64,000 bases of DNA, taken from Felis catus. Lineage: Eukaryota. The position numbers were made by a program, and so were the translations under genes. How positions within the stretch are numbered: the first letter of the stretch is position 1; each line of letters starts with the position of its first letter. Location: NCBI RefSeq assembly GCF_018350175.1, contig NC_058369.1, positions 23,190,001 through 23,254,000 on the forward strand. Direction: 5' to 3'. The notes below the pieces were generated by a model. The model worked only from the letters and a program-made list of their open reading frames with translations, did not search any database and was not told the origin of the DNA. This document shows, one piece after another, positions 49,590 to 62,868 of this stretch.

Positions 49590-49950
49590 CTGTTGTACTG
49601 GTTATTCCTTCTGCCAGAGCACACGCTCCATTATCTACAGGCTCGGTCCCTCACCTCCTTCAGGTCTTTGCTTAAAAGTCACTTTCTCAGTGAAGCCTTC
49701 CCTGCCTATCCTACTCAAAATTGGAAGTCTTTCTTTTTTACTTCTCATCTCTTGGTGCTGCCTATCCTATTCCAGTCTCTCTCATAGCCCTTATCACTAA
49801 CTGATATGTTATGTCTTTTAATTTTATTCTCTTTCCACCACTAGAAAACAAATACTGTGAGGGCAGTGATTTTGTTTTGTTCACTGCTATAGTCTCAGGG
49901 CCTAGAATAGTATCTGGCACAGAGTTGATGCTCAGTACATATATGGAAAG
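49590..49950 (+). mobile_element. L2 3' end
   Basis: ccttcaggtctttgcttaaaagtcactttctcagtgaagccttccct…gagggcag…gttcactgctatag…cctagaatagtatctggcacagag. Confidence 0.8.
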
Positions 49951-50622
49951 AAGGAAGGAAGGGAGCAGGGGAGGGAGAAAGGGAAGACAGGATGGATAGA
50001 TGCATGCATGGCTGCATGGATTGTCCTAGGGATTCATCCCTGCCCCACTTAACCCTCTCCTGGAGTCTATGAGGTAGACTCTGTCATATACATCTTCTGA
50101 CTAATAGAACTCAAAGAGTTGAAGTGACATCCCCAAGGTCATTCAACCAGTTGGTGTTGGAGCCAGGAAATGACACTTTAGTTCTGTCTGATGATATTTT
50201 GTCCAATGTATTCCCTACTTCCTGTAAAATCAAGCAGGGTGGGCAATAGTTAGATCTAGTGTTTGGCTATTTACGTTCTACATTTGTATTTGAGGAAGAA
50301 GCTGGAATCCTGAGTGCAGTTAGATACTGCTGGCCATTTGGGAAACTCTAACATCCTCAAACAGACTATAAGCATCATCTGAGTTCCTGAGGTCATCACT
50401 CACAAGTGTGTGTCTGCTGATGAGCCTTCAAAATGAACTCACATGAAGATACAATGAAAGAGTTATTTCACAGAGCTAGAGTGATCTGGAGCATTCTGTA
50501 AAAACTCCCCAATTCCCTGCAAGCCCCGGTTGTCCCAGCTACCTTTCTGGACTGATGGCACATTTTTACTTAGGATCCTGTAACAACTAGCAACTTTTGC
50601 TGGTCAAAAACAGTTGCGTATT

Positions 50623-50829
50623 GGGGCACCTGGGTGGCTCAGTCAGTTGAATGTACGATGACTCAGGTCATGATCTCGTGGTTCGTGAGTTCGAGCCTTG
50701 CGTCAGGCTCTGTGCTAACAGCTCAGAGCCTGGAGCCTGCTTTGGATTCTGTGTCTCCCTCTCTCTCTGCCCCTCCCCCGCTCATTCTGTCTCTCTCTCT
50801 CTCAAAAATAAACATTAAAAAAATAATAA
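50623..50829 (+). mobile_element. Can-SINE with 17-bp TSD (1 mismatch)
   Basis: aaaaacagttgcgtatt (50606-50622) / aaaaacagttgagtatt (50830-50846). Confidence 0.96.
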
Positions 50830-51353
50830 AAAAACAGTTGAGTATTGACAATTGCATATCATTCAACCTATCATCTCACCCTCACAACCAACCATCAGTT
50901 AGAGACTATTATTATTCCTGGTTTGCACAGGAAGAAACCGTCATTTGGAAAAGTAAAGTAACCTGCTAATGTCATGCACGAATTAAGTGGTCCAGCCCAG
51001 CTCCCTGCTCAGGCTGTGCAGGGCTCCAATGCCAGTGTTTCCACTGTAATACTAAACCTGTCCCCTGAAACTCACTGGTGTGTCATTTATCTTCATGGAG
51101 TTCAGGCTTTCCTGGGGCACTCAGCCTGGGAAGGCGGCAGTGGTGGCCTAGGGAGATGGAAGTGGGGAGAGAGTTCTGCCTGGTTTCCTTTGTCCAGTGT
51201 CCCTTTTTGTGGGCAGATATCTTTGGCATTGGTGCCTACCCATCACCACTCAATGGCCCTGTCCTCAAGCATTTAGAGCACGTGAAAGCTGAGGGGTGTC
51301 CGTGCCCCACGCAGGTGATCCTTACTCATTAACTCCTTCTCCTTGATCTCCAG

Positions 51354-51399
51354 GCCTGCATGACTTAGAGCACCCTGATGTATCCCTGGCAGATGAATG
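51354..51399 (+). CDS. CACNA2D3: CACNA2D3 coding exon (~22), 46 nt, phase 1-2: (G)LHDLEHPDVSLADE(W)
   Basis: atctccag|GC ... ATG|gtaaga. Confidence 0.95.
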
Positions 51400-51557
51400 G
51401 TAAGAATTAAACCATCCTTCATCAGCATGGGTATTTGTTGCGATCTTTGATTTCAAATCCTCTATACTCCCTCCCTACCTCTCCTGGTTCAAAGGCAAAG
51501 GAAGGCGATGCCACAAATACTCACATGTTCCTGTTTTGGCCCATGTCATGTTCTTAG

Positions 51558-51655
51558 GTCCTACTGCAACACTGACCTACACCCGGAGCACCGTCATCTA
51601 TCTCAGCTAGAAGCCATCAAGCTCTACCTCAAAGGCAAAGAACCTCTGCTCCAAT
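51558..51655 (+). CDS. CACNA2D3: CACNA2D3 coding exon (~23), 98 nt, phase 2-1: (W)SYCNTDLHPEHRHLSQLEAIKLYLKGKEPLLQ(C)
   Basis: ttcttag|G ... AAT|gtgagt; inside ORF 51508..51696. Confidence 0.97.
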
Positions 51656-52479
51656 GTGAGTGTGCTGTGTGTGCGTGTCACCAGAATACACAATGAACCG
51701 AAAACCGTACTTTCCCTCAGCTTTCAAGGGAAGTTTTGCTCCAGTAGAGATGATCAGTCAAATGTCTGCTTCCTAGAGGAGCAGGAGGAAGAATGTGGGC
51801 CACTGGAAACCCTGCAGAAACCCCAGTCTCATTCTAGCCTTTTGCACTGGATTTGCCCCCCTACCGGACCATTTAAGTCAAGCACCTGAGTAAGATGGAA
51901 ACTACCACTAGGAGGGGACTGTGAATATCTGTTCCCTTATTTTACATGAGAAACAAGGGCAGGAAACAGAACTGGTGGCATCTCAGGGCCTACTCGAGGT
52001 CTGCTTCCCTCCAGAGTGGAATCATCATGGACACATGTTGCCTCATGAGGTATATGTGCTGTTGCCCCTCCTCTTACCACGGGGCCTCTGAGGGAGCTCA
52101 GTGAGTCAGAAATGGCCCGTGGCCAGTGCAGAGGGGACAGGGAGAGAGCAGCAGGCCTCATGCTCACCAAGTGCAAGAGCAGCCCCTGGACTGGCATCTA
52201 AGTTAGTTACAGCGACTAGTTTGGGCGAGGAGAGATATCAGCAGTGAGCACAGCACCTGCCCCTACCCCCAACAGGTAGCACTTGTTCATTGATGTGAAC
52301 GGTTCTTTACCTATATTATTTCCTAGACTAACCACAGCAGCCCTGTGAGAGCTGGAAGGACGTTTATCTAGCTTCTAAAGTGCATCCTCATGGAATGGAT
52401 TTACTTTTGGGGACATGCTCTAGTAGAGAAAAGATCAGATGGACATCATATAAGCCTATCTTGTTTCATTTTCTTTGAT

Positions 52480-53090
52480 TTTCTGAAGGACATATTTAAA
52501 AAACAAAGGGATAGAGATATGTTTTAAAATTTACATCTACCATCCAGCTTAATCAAATCTTAATATTTTGCCCTATTTCCTTCAGGTGCTTCCTAAGGAA
52601 TGAAACATTACAGATAATGTTGAAGCCCCTGAGTCCCCTGTGTGGTCCCATTTCCCTCCCAGAAAAAGCTACCCTCCTGTATTTGTCACTCCTAGGCAAT
52701 TATACTATCATATTATCTATATTATTATTACATTATTATATTATACTATTACTATATATAGTAATATATACAGATGTATATACGTGTGCATATATATGTA
52801 TATACGTATATATAGGTATCCATGAATAGTATGTGCCATTATTTTCATTATTCTGTATATTAAAATTTATATATGGTATATTATATTATCTACGATATAA
52901 CATATGTATTGTTCTATAACTTGTGTTTCACTCGTTGCATTGTTGAGATTTACTTATGTTGATCATTTACCTGTGATGCATTTGTTTGAATTACTATATG
53001 GTATCCCAAGACGTAACTATATCTCACTGTGTCCATTGTCTTTTTGATGATGAGTTATTTTTAGTTTTTGCTTTTAGAGCAAAGTGCCAT
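52480..53090 (-). mobile_element. Ancient L1 (L1ME-like) 3' fragment with AT-rich low-complexity core
   Basis: catctaccatccagctta…aatattttgcc, ttgagattta…atgttgat, TA-rich middle. Confidence 0.55.
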
Positions 53091-53747
53091 TGTCTTGTTG
53101 GCCAGCATCAGGGTGAGGACTGGCCGGCTGTAGGTGACAGTTAGCCCCTCTGCAGAGTGATTGGAGGGCTCTGGGTTGCCTCTGCTGCGCTCATGATATC
53201 CCCCTGACTCCTTAGCCTCTTCCACAGAGCCCCAGCAAGATTCCCTCTTTGGATAGGGGCAGGTTTCCTGCTTTAAATCGGAAAAAACAAACAGTCCTAC
53301 CAGATGGAAGGTGTCACAAAATAGAGGAGTCCCAGGAGTGTTTAGTTATCACATCCCTCTCTCTTCTTACAAACGACTGGGAGCAGGGCCCTGAAGAACC
53401 ACAGGTAGAGGACAGAAGTGCGGATGGACCGAGCAAACTTTCTAAGACATGCCGGTCCATGGCATCAACTCCTAGATGGGAAGAGAAAGCGGAAAACCGA
53501 ACTGTGACACACCCGAGACTCTCTGTTTACTATCGTTTCATCCAGATGCTCTGGGGGGCCCTGTATTGCGGGCATATCAGTTGTCAGAACTGACCCATAT
53601 TTTCAGCCGGTGGGAGGTTAATGCCTAACGCGACACATCACAGGAGAGAGTGGCCTGCAGACACTGCAAATGAGCGCGGCGAGACCTCTCGTGCCCCCGT
53701 TTGGGGCCCGGCCACAGCCATCTTCTCAAGTCTGTCCCTCCCAATAG

Positions 53748-53841
53748 GTGATAAAGAATTGATACAAGAAGTCCTTTTTGATGCCGTGGTGAGCGCTCCC
53801 ATTGAAGCATATTGGACCAGTCTTGCCCTCAACAAATCTGA
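53748..53841 (+). CDS. CACNA2D3: CACNA2D3 coding exon (~24), 94 nt, phase 1-2: (C)[30 protein letters not shown](E)
   Basis: cccaatag|GT ... TGA|gtaagt; inside ORF 53621..53845. Confidence 0.97.
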
Positions 53842-54459
53842 GTAAGTGGTTGCACGTGTCCCCCTTTCCTGGCCATTTCCCCACAAGCCGTCCGAAATAT
53901 GGTTATGGTTTAAAGAACTAAAGTGTTTGGGGAGCTTGGTGTTAAAGTGCTTTAATTTTTCCCAAAGCTCCAAACCACAAGAGCTAGAGCAGATTAGCGG
54001 CTCGGGCTTGGGTGGCAAGCTCCCGGGTTTGACATATAATTTGAGCGTTAGCGTTACATGAAATTTGGTGTGCCGGGGTGGGGGGCACTGGCGAGGGAGA
54101 GGGAGGCAGAAGGAGCGCCTAGCTTCTTGCCCTGCATGGCCCCCTGTACTTCACAGTCTGGAGGGGACTTGGGATCTGGGCCAGGCCGGGTTATAAGTCG
54201 GACGGGGAAGTGAGAGCTCTGTTTCATGAGGGTGTCAGGATATAACCCTGTGGTTTTCTTTCTGTGGCAGAGGACGCAGGGAGAGGGGGCTGGGCAGTGG
54301 TAGCTGTGGTCAAAGTCTTCAGCAGCTTATCAATGTTATTATTATTTTACTAATTGAAGTGGGTTATTAAAGATTGAAAATAGGAAGAAAAAGCATTCCT
54401 TTTTCCTTATACCTTCAGGTCAGACATTATTTAGTTCTCTCTCCTTTTTTGTTCTTCGT

Positions 54460-55475
54460 TAGCTCCATTCATTCATTTACCTTGCCTTTTGTATATCCTC
54501 TTCTCTATCCTATCATTCATTCTGTTCTCATTGTCATTCCTTTATCATTCGTTCATCCATGCATCACCGATTGCATATCTGTTGTGTGCCAGGCGCTGGA
54601 CTAGGTGTTGGTGAAATGGAGTAACTCAATCAAACACAGTCCTTGCCATCATGGTACCTGTGGTGTGTAGCATCCCAGATTATTACGAATTTGGTAACTG
54701 CTTTGAAAGAAGTGTAAGGACGTGCAGACTGTGACAAGACCTAGAGTGGAGATGAAAGACAGAAGGCCTTTCTGAGCAGAAACTAGTTCAAGGGTTAGGG
54801 AGCAGTCTAAGGAAAATGGAACAACGTGTGCAAACGTCCTGAGGTACAATAGTATTTGACACATTTGAGGAATTTAAAGAAGGCCAGTGGAACTGAAATA
54901 TAGAAGGTAGGCTCGAAGATGTTGGCAGATGAGGGTGCAGAGGGGCTAGATGGCTCAGGACCTTGGGAGTCAGGTGAAGGATTTTGGCTACTATACTACA
55001 AGTGTTGGAAAGCCACTGAACGATTTTAAGAACATTTTAAGATGTTAAGAAGGACATGATCGTATTTGCATTTTTAAAGAATATCCTCCTCCTGCTATGT
55101 GAAGAATAGTTTAATGGGATAAGAGCAATAAGAAAGGCTTCTACAGCATCCCAAGGGATTTGCCACTCAGACCAAGGCAGTGGCTGTGGCACAGAGAGGA
55201 AAGATCCACTTGTGGCATGCTTCAGAACCACCACCACCGCCGCCGCCGAGGATTTGATGGTCCACTGAGTGAAGGGAGGGAGACTGAGCTCTCAAGGGTC
55301 ATTCTCAGATTTACAACACGAATGCCTGTATAGATAGTGGTACCATTTCCTAGGACAGAAGACAATGAAAGAAGAATTGGTTTGGAACTGAACGTGTCCA
55401 TAGTGCTTTTCTAGATGTTTTAAGCTTAAGTCTCCCAAGTAGACAGTTTAATACAGGAGTCTGGAGCCCCAAAGA
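54460..55475 (-). mobile_element. L2 fragment (~1 kb)
   Basis: cattcattcatt repeats, tgtgccaggcgctggactagg, ggaaagccactgaacgattttaag, gacatgatcgtatttgcatttttaaag. Confidence 0.8.
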
Positions 55476-56781
55476 GAGATCACCATTCTCATTATACTTG
55501 GAAGTGTCCTTAGACTGCTTACTAACATGGTTCCTATTCCCTGGGAGGTTGGGAAACAGTCAAAACCTTTCCAGCGATTGCTTTCTCTGGTGGATGTGGA
55601 AATGTTTCTTTTAAGCTCTCATGAAACTCAAAATCCCGTGCAAAGATTGCTGGTTCACTCCTAACACATGCTAAAGATTTCCAAAATGGTAGCTTTGCTT
55701 TGTAGTCCACATCTGTAACTGATTGGGCAGCCTGGCTTTCCAATTTGGGTAGGCTGCAAGCAGAAACAAATGCATAGTGTTGGTTTTTATTCACCCCTTA
55801 AATACTTAAAGGTAGTACCAGCCACTTTGACTACCATCAAAGATCAAGTAACCAAATTATCTTATATTGAAGATGACATGGATAGTGCTTCGCATCAAAT
55901 GGCTACTAGCATTTAGGGAAGGGAAGCAAACTCAAGAAACAGTACTCTCTTCATACTTTTATCACAGAATTAAATTATGTATCTGTGGAGAAAGACCACT
56001 CGCTTTTTGTGAAGAGGTAGGCATTGCGAAAATCCTCAGCACGCTCAAACGTCTACAATATTTGCCTTGAAAGTTGAAAAAAAATTCCTTCAGTGGATTT
56101 TAAAATAAGTTTCCTTTGCCAAGGCCATTCTTAGGGGTCCTATGTGTGGTATCCTGCAGGGATTTGAAGAAGCCATTTCTTTACTCCTCTCTTTGGGGAT
56201 GGTGGTAAGAAGAAGGCCTGTGCTCTGGAAGAAGTTACAAGTCAGTGACTTCAAACAGCATAGAATTCAGGTCCTAGACATTTCCAGGCTGCAGGTCGCT
56301 GCCGACTTGACCCAGTGGCCCAGCTGGTACTTTCACTGATGGCAGATTCCACTAATGGTTTCAGGACCAAGAATGGACTTGGTAGATCAATGCAAAGTTC
56401 CCTGTGATGATTTTCTTCCTCTCCATAAAGCCGTTCCCATTCCGGTCTGCTCTTCTGACTTTGCACTCAGAACCCTGAGATAAAGATGTACCTATTTAGT
56501 GTGGGGGTGCATTTGTTCATGGTGCTTTGGAGTTCTCAGAACTCAATGGAGTTCTTAGTTTTTCTTGCGAGAATTACCAAAAATGCTTTTGTAAGGGGTG
56601 AGTTTGCATTCCATGCTTGGTGCGGGTGTGCATACGTGTGTGTGTGTTTCTATAATTTCTTTTAAAATTTCAGGTTTCAAAACTGCTTTTTCATAAAGCG
56701 GTCTATGAGTCTTAAAATGCAAAAGCCATTCTCTCCTTACTGTCTGGACACAACCCCCTGTTGTCTGCTGCTGTGTTTCAG

Positions 56782-56877
56782 GAACTCTGACAAGGGCGTG
56801 GAGGTCGCCTTCCTCGGCACTCGTACGGGCCTCTCGAGGATCAACCTGTTTGTTGGGGCTGAGCAGCTCACCAATCA
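56782..56877 (+). CDS. CACNA2D3: CACNA2D3 coding exon (~25), 96 nt, phase 2-2: (E)NSDKGVEVAFLGTRTGLSRINLFVGAEQLTN(Q)
   Basis: gtttcag|G ... TCA|gtaagt. Confidence 0.97.
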
Positions 56878-58609
56878 GTAAGTAGGAAGGCTCCCCTGCA
56901 GGGGCCCAGGGAGCTCCTGAAATGGGAAATTCAAGGGATGCTTAAGCTTCTCGGTTCCACCAGCAGTAGAAACAAAATTCAGGCCACCCCAGGCCTGCTG
57001 ACATGGTTCCTCTCTGTTCTACCGCGGAGGCCCCGGCGTGTATGCTCGCCTGCCTGTTGGCCTTTCTGCAACCCTTACTTCTTCATGCTTGCTGGCTTCC
57101 GCCCACTGTCCTGGAGTCCTCTCCCGCGCTGGTGAGTCACCGCAGAATCTGGCGACCCAGGGGTTGCTGGGGGAGCGGCCAGAAGGAGGACTCCTGATGG
57201 ATGGCTCCAGGGCATTCAGCTGCTCCGCAGCTCTGCGGAGGGATTCCTGCCTGTCCAAGAATCAGGGTTTCAAGTCTGTTGTTTATTTGTTTGTGTGCGC
57301 TTTAATAAACCTCGGTGCCTCTGCACTGTGCCTGAGGGCCTGCAGAGCCCCACACCCAGGAGTGGGCAGTCCAGTGGGACACGGGTTGGACAGTGTTTCC
57401 TTGTGTTGCCAAACAGACCCAGATGGACAATGGGGAGAGCTTCCAGTACCCAGATGTCCTTGAAATCACTGCGCAGCCTCTGTATCTTCAGAGAGCAACA
57501 GGGTCTTAACTCTTCAAACTGTGTTGGACCAGAGCTAGTGTGGGCCTGGGAAGTCCTTTCTGGCCCGATTACTGTTTCTCAGTTTGTTTGTTTGCTTGCT
57601 TGTTTTTTTCTCTGAAGTAAGAGGCATTATTAGGCGAGGGACAAATGGAGTCCGAGATTCAGACAGTTTGCCAAGTGCGTGTGAGGAGGGTTCAGACGTT
57701 ACTGTGGGCCCTCAGACACCCTGATGTACGGATACCTGGGGGTGAATGACAAGGCCACAGGCTGGCCACCAGTCTGAAAGGGGGTGGCCCCACAGAGACC
57801 CGAGGAGGGGACACTCCTGTCCCAGCAAGCCCCAGTCAGCAGCGTTCTTGCCTCTTAGGTGAGGCCCTGACCCAACCATATGATCTTATAACACCAAGTC
57901 TGGTAAGTGGGAAATCAATAGATTTTTAGATGGTTCATGAACTGGCTTTTACGGCCCATTTGAGGACTCTTTCTCAGCATCTCAAATTTGTCATTTAGGA
58001 AGTTGACTACATTTGTTTGTATTTGTCATTTGTCATTTAGGAAGTTGACTACAGTTGTGACTTGATTGTTCCAAGCCCTCTTCAGCCCTTTAGCCCTGCT
58101 CAATTGTCTTTCCGGAGGGCAAGTTCCTAGAAGGACTAGAAATTACAAGATACACATCACCTTCTCCTTCTGGAACCTAGAGAGAGGCAGAAGGAGATGT
58201 GGGCACTGACTTTCTCCTGCTCAAGAGGAAGGCTGTTGTTTGTATTGAGATAAAACAGACAAACCAGAAGAACAATCACAACGACAAGACAATGCACCTT
58301 GCTAGTCTGTCCTGTAGGTCATGCTCAGGATTGCTGGGATGAGCGTCCGGCCCATCCCACTGGTTGCCTTTGCTCTGTGCCCCTGGAAAGTGGCAGTGAT
58401 GATCTCCCTGGGTTCTTGTGAGGATCAAAAAAACTGTGGATGTAAAACCAGTTTGAGAAGCTAAAAATATCTGCAAGTAAGGGTTAGCTCTGCTCCCTGT
58501 GACACTACTGTGACCCAGAGTGAGTAGACACTGGCTATCCGGATGATTCTTCGGTTTTCAAGAAACTCATCCCATTGACTCATATAGAACTCAGAACCTT
58601 GAGTTCTAT

Positions 58610-58659
58610 TTTTTTAACATTTTTAATTTATTTTTGAGAGAGAGAGCATGTGGGGGATG

Positions 58660-58706
<47 letters not shown>

Positions 58707-58818
58707 ACAGAGGATCCAAAGCAGGCTCTGTGCTGACAGCAGAGAGTCTGATGAACCTGTGAGATCATGACCTAAGCCAAAGTCAGACACTTGACTGATA
58801 AAGCCACCTAGGCACTCC
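58610..58818 (-). mobile_element. Can-SINE with expanded (GA)n
   Basis: tttatttttgagagagag…gagatcatgacctaagccaaagtcagac…gccacctaggcactcc. Confidence 0.93.
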
Positions 58819-61800
58819 AAAAGTTCCATTGTCTTAGGGTCTTGTACCTGCCTACCCTGTCCAAGAAGATGGCATTTGTTAAGGTCCAACTGTCCAGATA
58901 TACTCTTGGATAGGGCTAGAAAGCTTTTCGAATTTCTGTTTTTAAATAAGGCATACAGAGAAAAGTGCCAAGCTGTGGGGAGAGTGCTAGAGAATATAAA
59001 GTCCCTGCCGCAGAACTAACTGGTACTAGCATCAGCCTGCTACACTGAGGTGCCACCTCCTGTCACCACCATCTGCTTTGGAAGCACGTGGATTCTAGTC
59101 CGAGGACTCTGTCCCTGCCTCTACACCCGTCAATGTCAGCAGTGAATCTTGTGCATTCCATGTGGCCTCTTGGAACACCCGTAGCACACAAAGGCAGTCT
59201 AAGCGATGACTGCTTCACAGCTTCCATGTGACCCACAGAGAACAAAAGAAGCTCCCGAGATTTAAAAATCCCATATACTTGATGGAGCCATTTTCAGTTT
59301 ACATACTGTATACATAACTCTGATAGAATCGCGGTGAGTATAAGTTTATAGATGAGTAAATGGGGCTCAGAGATTCAGTGATTGACCCAAGTAATTCACC
59401 CAAGGTCATTCGTCTGCGCCTAAAACCTAAACTGGTCTCACACAACACCACAACAGCCCCTAGTATCTACAGGTAGGCTTTCATCTTACCTAGAAAGATC
59501 TATCTTCCTGAAGAACATTTTCAGAGATTCTGTAGAACCAACTCTCTCCTTCTACTTCCTTCTGAATCACTACTTGGTAGTTATTAGGGACCTACAGGGT
59601 TTCCTGGCAACCAGACCCTCTCATGTGAACACCAAAGCCAATGGAGATCATGCCCTGCAGGCTCCTGCTCGCTGCCCTGGTGCCAGCGTGGTCTGGTCCT
59701 GGGCAGCAGCCACTGGGCACTCAGTAATGCCGTGTTCCAAGCCTGTCGCCTGCCTTCCTCAAATGTCTCCATCAGTCTAAGTGAAACCACCTCACACCTC
59801 CTAACCAAGCTATTAGCCTCACCTTCCAGGACTGGAAAGGGGCCCCCGGTACCATTAACTGCTGCATGAGAAGGGCACCTTCCTCCCCGTAGTTATATGC
59901 ATCCCACCACCAAATAGGACTGCCACAAGTGAAAATGCTTGGTTATGCCATGGCCCAGTGTGGAATACAGCTGTTCATCCCACCGAGGACTAGATAGCAG
60001 AATCTCCTTCACACACCTATCGCAGTCAGGTTTATGAAAAATCTCGTGTCTGATGGGGAAAAAAAAAAGCAAAAGGTCACATTTCAATGTTTGTGAGTCC
60101 TATTGATTTTAGGATCAGGAAGCATTACCACTGAATATATCGGTGCCAGGAGGAGCTTGTCTGTGACCTCAAGCCTGGAACTCCTTACGCCCAGCACTGA
60201 ATAACTCAGAGGTCCATGCATCATCAGTTGGCCTTTTGAATGACAGCAGAGAGCCTTTACGTAGGAACGTGACCATACTGATGTGGCAATTTGAAAGAAT
60301 TGAGAAATACTGTTTAGAAAAGTTTCAGCAAATTGCTTTTAATACTTGAGGAGCTCTTATCTGAATATGAGATTTGATTTATCATGTGATCATTAAGCAC
60401 ACGCTGAGTGCCTGATGAGTGCCAGGCCCTGGAAATGTCAAGAAAAATAATGTCTCTGCCCTTAGAGAGGAATTAGAACATACTAGTGTAAGTTAGAAGG
60501 AGGTGTATTTCTATGCTGAGAACTTCAAGGGTGGCCTCCAATGGCACGGGCTTCCTCTAGGAGGGAGCTTTGCATCTTAGAAAGAGATCAAGAGATCAGT
60601 GCCTGGCCATACCCTAAAACTACAGAATGCTTTCCTGAGTTAGAAGACAATTTAAGTAGTTTCTAATAACCCAACTTGTTACAACTTGGCATATAAATTC
60701 AACCCTGCTATAACAATGGAGAATATTTGAGTATTTCTCTCCATGGTCTGTGTGATCCAACTTCACACTGCAAACTGATGGATAGAACATGGTGCCATTT
60801 CTGGTTCAATCAGTGGCCTTTTCCCTGCATACACATTGTCCCCTGATTCCTGTCCTTTCCATCCCTTGATTGCTCTCCCTTCCTGCAAGATCTCTGAAGA
60901 CTGTGGACTAGCCAGGCAGTCATTTCCTCCCCCGAGTTATACTGTCTCAGCCAAGATGAGGCACTTGGGAGAGTAAACATGAGTCTTTGGAGATAAGTGA
61001 AGCAAACAAACATTAGCTGGAACTTGGGGATGTGTAAGTCTCTGTGAAGGGAGCCAAAATGGGAACCAAAGCTTCTTTCCTCAGAGACTTCAGGAGGTTT
61101 GGGATGGGGACATGACAGAGCAGGTAAGACCAAGGAAGGAGAAGGCCATGTGAGAGACCAAGGCTGTGGAGCAGGAACTTGCTAATGTCTCTGTGGATTT
61201 GTGTGGTGGGTGGGATTTGAGGCACACTGTGAAGGGAATATGATTTTGAAAGGAAGAAACGGGGAAGAGAGTGCAGGTAGGCCTCAGGAGAGAGAGAAGC
61301 ACTGTGGGCAGTGGGCGCAGGAGGCTGGGCAAGGTAAGGAATTTACAGACAGCTAGAGCAGTCCTGTTGGCTGGAGAGCAGGTGGTGGAGGGAGGGAGGG
61401 AGCAAGGATATCCACAGGGCCCACTTCTACCTCTGTTATACTTTTTCTCAGAAGAGTGAAATCTACTTAATTTGATCTTTCCAAGGATATGTGATCATGT
61501 ATGGATTGTAAGGCAAGACAGCTTTCCGACTACCCTTTCTTTGGTCTTATGATACGATTTCTGGAGGCTTTGCTTGCTTGCGTTAGATGCTAAGATGATT
61601 CGTTCACTGGATATACTAGGAAAAATTATTTCACCCACGGACAGTCTGACTGCTGGAGTTCTACAGGGTAATTCTGAGCCATCTGGGGTGCTTGATGCTA
61701 CACAGATTCTCTCTGCACTGAGAAAGCCAACACTGTTTTCACCTGACAAAGGTGGTTGGGACATACCCACATCCGGCTTTTCCTTGCTGAGTGGTGCCAT

Positions 61801-61867
61801 GATCCTTCTCCTCCCCTTCTCCTCCCCCACGTCCTCCCTCCTCCTCCCCGTCCCCCTCTTTCTTCTT

Positions 61868-62868
61868 CCTTTCCAGTTTTATTGAGAAATAATTGGCGTA
61901 TAACTGTATGCGTTTCAGACATCCAGCGTGATGATTTGGTTTACATATATTGTGAAATGATTACTGCAGTAGGTTTACTTCACATCTCTCATCTCATATA
62001 GACACAATAAAAAGAAAAGAATAAAAATTCTCCTGGTGATGAGAACCCTTAGGAAATATTCTCTTCACAGCTTGATTGTAGGTCATACGGCAGTGTTAGC
62101 TGTAGTCCCCAGGTTGTCTTATAACCTTCTTGTCATTCCCCATCCCCCAACCCCTGCCCCTTATAACCACAAATCTGATCTCTTTTTTTGAGTTTGGTGG
62201 TTTTTTGGTTTTTGCTTGTTTGTCTTTGTTTCTTTGTTTGTTTTTAGCTTCTACATGTGAGATCCTACAGTGTTTGTCTTTTTCTGACTTATTTCCCTTA
62301 GCTTAATGCTTTCAAGTTCCATCCATGTTGTGGCCATTGGTAGGATTTTCTCATTTTTGTGGCTGAATAATATTCCATTGTGTGGAATGTGTGGTATATA
62401 TGCCACCACTTCTTTATCCGTTCATCCTTTGATAGACACTCAGGTTGTTTCCCTATCTCGGCTGTTGTAAATAATGTTGCAGTGAATGGAAAATATCTTT
62501 TTGAGTTAGGGTTTTTGTTTCCATTGTATATATTCCCAGTAGAATTGCTGGATCAGATGGTAGTCTTATTTTTAATTTTTTGAGGAACCGCCATATTGTT
62601 TTCCATGGTGGTTGGCTGTACCAATTTACGAAGTGCACCAGCGTTCTCTTTTTTCCATACCCTCACCAACATTTGTTATCTCTGGTCTTCTTGGTGATAG
62701 CCATCCTAACGTGTGAAGTGATATCTCATTTTGGTTTTGATTTGCATTTCCCTAATGACGAGTGATGCTGAGCATCTTTTCATGTTCCTGTTGGCCATTT
62801 GTATATCTTCTTTGGAAAAGTGAAAAGGTACGTTGCTCACTTTTTAATTGGATTATTTGTGGTTTTTT
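61868..62868 (-). mobile_element. 5'-truncated, degraded LINE-1 (ORF2 C-terminus + 3'UTR)
   Basis: ORF 62453..62638 contains WRFLKKLKIRLPSDPAILLGIY; ttttgatttgcatttccctaatga…gagcatcttttcatg L1 text. Confidence 0.93.

Noticed and set aside
57986..58053. Repeat-spacer-repeat resembling a CRISPR unit
   Set aside because: Only two copies, spacer derived from the repeat itself, mammalian intron, no cas genes
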